IMG/VR virus record: IMGVR_UViG_3300037246_000452
Span: 25,219-89,218 of that record
Strand: one strand, 5' to 3'
From: a virus
DNA: 64,000 nt
Position 1 is the first letter of the stretch; each line of letters opens with the position of its first letter. This document shows positions 58,974 to 64,000 of this stretch, one piece after another. The position numbers and the translations under genes are program-made. The notes beneath the pieces were generated by a model. The model ran no database searches, was not told the DNA's origin, and saw only the letters and a program-made list of their open reading frames with translations.

Positions 58974-61397
58974 TTAGTCTCCCAGTAGAAATGCTTGCCC
59001 CTGTCCGTCGGCCGCTATTCTAACCCTATCCATTATTCTAAACATAAAGGCCTCAATATCTGGCTCCAATCCTTCAGCTGATACTTTAATCTCGCCAGTT
59101 CCTTTGGCTAACAGTGCTGTACGTGCCTCAAGTAATCCTATTTCTGCCTCAGTTGCTTTCCTCTGTAACTCAAAGGCTGCATCTCTTCTCTTGCTTTCCG
59201 CATCCAACAATTCTTGTAAGTCCCACAACTTCGACCCATGAATGTCAGGGTCAGCTATGGCGGCAAACATTGTTCCCATCAGGTCCCCAGTACTTGCAAT
59301 GGCCCCGTCGATAGAACTAAACATGGTATTAAATCTCTCGGTAGCATTTTGCATAGAGGCTATATCAAGATTAGCCTTAATCTCAAAGATAGATACACGT
59401 TCTTGGCTTTGTATTTCTTCAAGCCCTAATTGGAACTCTTTCAAACTCTTGATCTCATCTACAAGAGCGTCCTTCATGTCCTTGGATAGTTTAACACCTT
59501 TCTCAGTTTCTTTATTGCCCGCCTTAGTACTAGCAATCAGTTCCACTTGAACTTTCTTACCGTCCACTGTAGCCGTTGTGTATTTCTTTCTACTTTCTGC
59601 TGCAGCTTCAAGAAGTTCTGCTTGAAAACCTAATGTTTTAGCTTGCTCTTCAGTAATATCTTTACTTTCTATTAACTTCTTTTTAAAGTCTTCGAGAGAT
59701 AGTCCCGCCTTACCAAAGCCATCAGCTGTTTTATCGGTAGCTTCTGCGGTGGTATTCCCCATGACTTGAACAGCTGCATCAACAACTCCGATAGCCTGTG
59801 CTACATTGTCTGACCAATATTCAAAGGGTGCAGGGTCAGTAGCATTTGCAACCATATCATCCCATATCTCTTGATTCTTCACCCGCATCGCCTCAAGAGG
59901 GCCAGACAAATCCATTCCTGTTACTTTGGCAAATACATTGGCTATACCCTCAATAACTAAGCTAACTAATAAAAGAGGGGCAAGGAATCCGGTTTTAATA
60001 ATCTTATACATTCCAGCAATAATATTACCAACTCCGGCAAAAACATCATGTACCCCTGCCACAGCTAATGCCAAACCTCCTACGACCGTGACAACTACAG
60101 TAAGAAAATTCCTAATTGTTTCTATATCCCCTACCCATTTAGCAAAAGAAACTCCAGTGGCTGCACCCTCAAGCCCTGAAAGGGAGCCTACAATCTCATA
60201 CACCTTAACAAGAAAATCAGCTAATCCATCAACCCATGAAGCTAAGGCATCACCTATTGCCCCCGCCACAATTTGACCTTCTATACTGCTCATGGCCTTT
60301 CCTATTTTCTCAACCAAAGGCCCAAGTTTCTCAAGTAAAGGGTCTCCTGCTGCTATAAGAAATAGATCAAAGGCATTTTGCATTATCTTAAACTGGAAAT
60401 CAAAGGTCTCAGCCATCTTCTTAAAAGCTGCATCCGTGTCACCCGCTGCGTTATTCGTAGCCTCTAGCTTAGCTTTAAAGGATTCATGGGCTCCTGCCAA
60501 AATATCAACAGCTGATGCTGCTTCCTTATCGGGTAACAGTTTCAGTATTTGGGTATATGTAAGCTGTTTTTCTGATACTTGTTCTATGATATCTCCAAGG
60601 TCTTTAAGCTTACCCTCTCCATTAAGTACTTCAATGCCTAAAGCTCTAAAGTCTTCCTGTACCTTGGTAGTGGATAACTTATTATACAACTGCTCCAGTT
60701 TGGTAAATGACTCAGCTTGCTGATTAGTATTGGCTGTTAATACAGCCATTGCTGCCCCTGTAGTTTCAAAAGTCTGGTTGGCTGATGACCCTGTCTTGGC
60801 AACTTTACCCACTCCAGTAGACAACTGCTCAAAGGTTATGACTCCTTCTCTCACCGTTGCAAACATGATGTCAGATACACGACCTGCCTCTGAGGCTTCT
60901 AGGCCGTAAGCGTTTAGCACTGTTATTAGAGCTCCAGCTGCTGCAGTGGTGGAGGTAGAACCCGCTGTAGCTGCTTTAGCTGCTGCTGTTAATGTCTCAA
61001 GCCCTGCTGCTCCTGCGCCAGTACCCGACTGAATGTCATAGAAGGCTTGGGTGAGGTCTTCCAGTGACGAGGGTGCTTCTCCCGCCAAATCCTTAATTCC
61101 TTGAGTGATTGCTGGGAGGTCTTCTTCTGCCGTACCCTTTAACAGAGTATTAATATTTTGAATGCTTGATTGAAATTTAGCTGCTTCGTTTACAGCAAAA
61201 CCTGCAAATACTGTAGCGGCTCCTGCTGCTGCTGCCCCTGCTAATGCTATGTTCTTTGATACTGAAACTGCTGCACCTCCCAACCCACCGAATGCAGAGT
61301 CAACTGTGCCTATCTGCTTCTTTAATCCATCGAAGGTCTTGCCCGTCTGGTTATCTGCTGTTATGAGTATCTCAAGAACTTCTTCCTGACTAGCCAT
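58974..61397 (-). CDS. tape measure protein (TP901-family core)
   Basis: Ala-rich helical protein; LNAYGL.A.EA..VSD.MF.TV.EG..TFEQL. Confidence 0.9.
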   Translation of the reverse strand: MASQEEVLEILITADNQTGKTFDGLKKQIGTVDSAFGGLGGAAVSVSKNIALAGAAAAGAATVFAGFAVNEAAKFQSSIQNINTLLKGTAEEDLPAITQGIKDLAGEAPSSLEDLTQAFYDIQSGTGAGAAGLETLTAAAKAATAGSTSTTAAAGALITVLNAYGLEASEAGRVSDIMFATVREGVITFEQLSTGVGKVAKTGSSANQTFETTGAAMAVLTANTNQQAESFTKLEQLYNKLSTTKVQEDFRALGIEVLNGEGKLKDLGDIIEQVSEKQLTYTQILKLLPDKEAASAVDILAGAHESFKAKLEATNNAAGDTDAAFKKMAETFDFQFKIMQNAFDLFLIAAGDPLLEKLGPLVEKIGKAMSSIEGQIVAGAIGDALASWVDGLADFLVKVYEIVGSLSGLEGAATGVSFAKWVGDIETIRNFLTVVVTVVGGLALAVAGVHDVFAGVGNIIAGMYKIIKTGFLAPLLLVSLVIEGIANVFAKVTGMDLSGPLEAMRVKNQEIWDDMVANATDPAPFEYWSDNVAQAIGVVDAAVQVMGNTTAEATDKTADGFGKAGLSLEDFKKKLIESKDITEEQAKTLGFQAELLEAAAESRKKYTTATVDGKKVQVELIASTKAGNKETEKGVKLSKDMKDALVDEIKSLKEFQLGLEEIQSQERVSIFEIKANLDIASMQNATERFNTMFSSIDGAIASTGDLMGTMFAAIADPDIHGSKLWDLQELLDAESKRRDAAFELQRKATEAEIGLLEARTALLAKGTGEIKVSAEGLEPDIEAFMFRIMDRVRIAADGQGQAFLLGD

Positions 61398-61584
61398 CGC
61401 TTATCTCCTGTCTTCTGGTCTCCTTATCTTTAAAATGGAGTCCCCAAAGTTCGCATTCAGTTATAGTTAACTCACCCTCTGGAAATAGGCTAGGCCTGAC
61501 CTCGTACAAGAACTTATTGTTCTTCTCGCAAAGCGTCAAGGCTAACTTGATTTCACTTTTTTCCCAGAGGATTTGCGCTTTCCC
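61390..61584 (-). CDS. -1 frameshift extension (gpGT-like) of the tail assembly chaperone
   Basis: G GGA AAG at 61584-61578; the -1 frame is open as AQILWEKSEIKLALTLCEKNNKFLYEVRPSLFPEGELTITECELWGLHFKDKETRRQEISDG up to the TMP start. Confidence 0.85.
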   Translation of the reverse strand, partial: GKAQILWEKSEIKLALTLCEKNNKFLYEVRPSLFPEGELTITECELWGLHFKDKETRRQEISDG

Positions 61585-62024
61585 GGCACTTGACCCTGAC
61601 CCGTCAGCTGATTAATCTTATTCGTTGCCTTGTAGAACTCAATCGGATATGTCCTCGCGAATCTAGCTGCCATACCCTCATCAAATTTAGGTTCAACGCT
61701 ACCTAACACCAGTGTCTCTATCCGAATTACAATCTCATTATGGGTATCTCCATCTTCCACGCCCCCCAACATCGCCTTAAATCCCTTAATGTTCTCAGAC
61801 TTTGACTTACTTGCTATGGCTTCAATCATTGCCATTAGCTGATTCGTATTTGATACTGCGTCCTGTGCTATTGCGAACTCGTTCCCTGTTAGTCCCCTGA
61901 CTATGAGTTTAGCATCTTCCTTACTGCCCTCGAACCATTCTGCCATATCAGGAACCAGAACCTCCCCCTCGCGGGGGGAGAATTCTGAGCTCATGAATTT
62001 GATGGCGTCAAACTTTTTAGCCAT
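61542..62024 (-). CDS. tail assembly chaperone (gpG-like)
   Basis: Between tail tube and TMP; ends just after a slippery site. Confidence 0.75.
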   Translation of the reverse strand: MAKKFDAIKFMSSEFSPREGEVLVPDMAEWFEGSKEDAKLIVRGLTGNEFAIAQDAVSNTNQLMAMIEAIASKSKSENIKGFKAMLGGVEDGDTHNEIVIRIETLVLGSVEPKFDEGMAARFARTYPIEFYKATNKINQLTGQGQVPGKRKSSGKKVKSS

Positions 62025-63019
62025 TATGTGAGAACCTCAGTACCTTCTTCACTGGCAGATATCGTGCATTCCGCATTGAGGACTCCATCAGCCGGCCATG
62101 ATCTTGAAATACCGAACTTACCTTGGACAGGCAAATGCGGAGTATCATACTTATTCGGGAAGAACTTAAACCACAAGAGCATTCCCTTAAGCTTAACAAC
62201 TGTGTCCGATAGGCCGTCCTTCAACTTGGCATTGAACCCACCCTGACCAATAGACTCAGATGAGGCTCCTACTGCCTTACCATATATCTGCTCAGAAGAA
62301 ACTGAGTGTGTGACTTCAGGCGCCTTGAAGTTGGTTACATTCACAAGGTCGGTGAAGATAGGGTCATAAACCTTACCAAAGACCTGCTTAGGTATAACGC
62401 CTGTGTGGATTTTAGAAAGTGCAATGTCAAATACAACATTACCGTTGGCCATATCCTCACTGAATGTTGGATAATCGTACCTTTCCTGATGCTGATTAGG
62501 GGTATCAAATATCTCATCGGCGCTGATAGGAGCTGCCACATTACCTTTCGTGATAACTTGCGCTATCTCTATGGAGTCTGTCGGGATAAGAGGTGGTCCA
62601 CCATTTCCGTCTCTTGTAGTGCTGAGAGATACACCCTCTGTACCCGTTACAACCGCTATGGCCTGAGCGTTGTCTACAGTAATACTATTTACCATGTAGT
62701 AATCAGCCGTGGATGCCCTTGTTATCCCATCACCTGTACTTGCCCCTACAGTCTCTTTTACTCCCGCCTGATAGGCTGTAGCAGCTGCCACATCTACCTG
62801 ATCATTGGTGAGTCCAACCTCAGGTATTACTGCTCCACCTGTAATAAGACCATCAGGCCTAATATCAGGTTCCTTTCCTGCCACATTAGACAGTAGGGAT
62901 GCGGCTGTTTCAAATGTCAGCTGATCTCCTGAATCACTGAGAGCTGCCATCGCCTTAAGCGTCTGACCATTCTCGATTTGGATTTTGGCTTTTGAGCCAG
63001 TATTTATTTGTCCACTCAT
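62024..63019 (-). CDS. major tail (tube) protein
   Basis: 331 aa, upstream of chaperone and TMP; P E..HSVSS.Q.YG..WFKFFP. Confidence 0.65.
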   Translation of the reverse strand: MSGQINTGSKAKIQIENGQTLKAMAALSDSGDQLTFETAASLLSNVAGKEPDIRPDGLITGGAVIPEVGLTNDQVDVAAATAYQAGVKETVGASTGDGITRASTADYYMVNSITVDNAQAIAVVTGTEGVSLSTTRDGNGGPPLIPTDSIEIAQVITKGNVAAPISADEIFDTPNQHQERYDYPTFSEDMANGNVVFDIALSKIHTGVIPKQVFGKVYDPIFTDLVNVTNFKAPEVTHSVSSEQIYGKAVGASSESIGQGGFNAKLKDGLSDTVVKLKGMLLWFKFFPNKYDTPHLPVQGKFGISRSWPADGVLNAECTISASEEGTEVLT

Positions 63020-63075
63020 TTTCTTATCCCCCTTTTGAAATTAATTTTAAACTAACCGTCTTCAACCCCACCCTC

Positions 63076-63324
63076 TTAAGCAACCATCTTCATACTGCTG
63101 TTCTTAACTCCTGCTATATCCCTGAGGGCATTAATAATGTCACGATCAAAATCTAATCGGAATTCCACTGGAACTTGTATAACCAGCCCTGTGTCTCTTA
63201 GAAGTGCATACTCCTTTTTGTTAAGTATTCTTGGCTGCCTAGCCTCATCACCTATAAATACACTAAACCGATCTCCTAAGGAGCCATCGGGTTTAGTGTT
63301 CCATACTCTCGCACCAACCTCCAT
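63076..63324 (-). CDS. stand-alone homolog of a TerL internal segment
   Basis: 37 of 68 residues identical, no gaps, to TerL residues about 322-389; SD GAGGAGG. Confidence 0.8.
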   Translation of the reverse strand: MEVGARVWNTKPDGSLGDRFSVFIGDEARQPRILNKKEYALLRDTGLVIQVPVEFRLDFDRDIINALRDIAGVKNSSMKMVA

Positions 63325-63334
63325 AATCTCCTCC

Positions 63335-63559
63335 TCAGTACCCTTTATAGTATTCGTTCAAGGTTCTACTCCTCACCCTACGCATCACTCCTTTACAAAA
63401 ATCACAGTTAGCTTCTGCGGGGCATAAGTCTGCCGGGTCTACATGTACTAACATAAAGCCCATCGCCTTATCAAAAGTACCATGATGCACCTCGATCACC
63501 CCGGCCTCTTTCTTAATCGGGTCATACGTCACCAAGTTAACCTTCCTTCTCGTATCCAT
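63335..63559 (-). CDS. paralog of 8801..9019
   Basis: Shared protein motifs, 60 identical bp, and shared SD context AGGAGGAAGTTATG. Confidence 0.8.
   Translation of the reverse strand: MDTRRKVNLVTYDPIKKEAGVIEVHHGTFDKAMGFMLVHVDPADLCPAEANCDFCKGVMRRVRSRTLNEYYKGY
63391..63450. repeat. 60-bp perfect direct repeat, copy 2
   Basis: Identical to 8851-8910. Confidence 0.95.
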
Positions 63560-64000
63560 AACTTCCTCCTATACATTTGAAATTAATTTCAAATTACTTA
63601 GATTTAGATTCCTTGGTCTCAATGACCCCCTCTTCCTTTAATACCTTCAGGAACGCTGTGGTCACTAGGTAACTCTTACCCTTGGTAAACGTCTGCTTAC
63701 CTTTACCCTCGCCCTGTGGCTCCCCACAGTAATTCTTTTTAAACTTTGCTGTCAGTGATACTCCCATAATACCCTCCCTTATTTATTCTTCTGTTACATT
63801 ATCCAACGGAACATATATCTTATACCGTTGTACGTAGGCAAGCACCTCAATAAAATGTGCTTTGTCTCCCTTCTTGGCCGGCTTCTTCTTAATTGCCAAA
63901 TTCACCGGCTGCTCTAAAACGAAGCCCCACTCAATATAACCTGATGCTTCCCGGGGAGTCCTTATAGCTCTTCGTACCTTATCCAAGATTATAGTCGTCT

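Larger units (their letters stand above)
530..63591. repeat. dispersed 14-bp palindromic site family TG(C/A)A(A/G)TTAATT(G/T)CA, about 28 copies
   Basis: Copies (some with 1-2 deviations) start at 530, 2523, 6091, 8635, 9033, 11730, 12604, 14102, 15145, 19456, 20080, 21055, 25928, 27883, 29274, 33927, 35753, 36631, 40252, 43542, 47508, 48199, 50109, 52434, 53568, 56248, 58594, 63036, 63578. Confidence 0.85.

Noticed and set aside
1137-63427. Plus-strand ORFs in the track
   Set aside because: All overlap convincing minus-strand genes and lack recognisable motifs; treated as shadow ORFs
8851-63450. 60-bp repeat as DGR TR/VR, att sites or terminal repeat
   Set aside because: No adenine-specific mismatches, and no reverse transcriptase or integrase in the window; the flanking sequence is diverged rather than identical
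1-64000. Stop-codon reassignment
   Set aside because: Long genes are intact in the standard code, and the gaps checked are filled by short normal ORFs

Overview
A 64 kb segment of a tailed dsDNA phage (Caudoviricetes, siphovirus-like tail) that probably infects a Gram-negative host, judging by the Rz/Rz1-like spanins and an outer-membrane beta-barrel gene. Essentially all genes are on the minus strand. In transcription order (right to left): (1) tail module with tube, G/GT chaperone carrying a GGGAAAG frameshift, tape measure, PKD/FN3/NHL-decorated tail proteins and fibres; (2) lysis cassette; (3) small accessory ORFs and an AAA+ ATPase; (4) replication/recombination module with an initiator carrying iterons, a degenerate helicase loader, DnaB with an HNH intein, primase, SSB, SF2 helicase, RecA, resolvase, ThyX and a Cas4-like nuclease; (5) accessory ORFs; (6) galE, a RarA-C-like protein, a PIG-L deacetylase, ParB-like, TerS and TerL; (7) about 9 kb of small ORFs arranged in repeated sigma70 promoter-leader cassettes. 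I recognised no integrase, polymerase, portal, capsid, CRISPR array or reverse transcriptase. The most unusual observations are: (a) a free-standing 82-aa gene that is an ungapped ~54% identical copy of an internal segment of the phage's own large terminase, next to a duplicate of the gene that follows terL; (b) about 28 copies of a 14-bp palindrome, consensus TG(C/A)A(A/G)TTAATT(G/T)CA, spread through genes, promoters and ribosome-binding regions; (c) a tRNA-like RNA with no anticodon loop plus a second structured RNA directly upstream of the replication initiator; (d) a 1557-aa tail protein with nested domain insertions; (e) a beta-barrel gene inside the lysis cassette. All assignments come from motif recognition by eye; no database searches were run.
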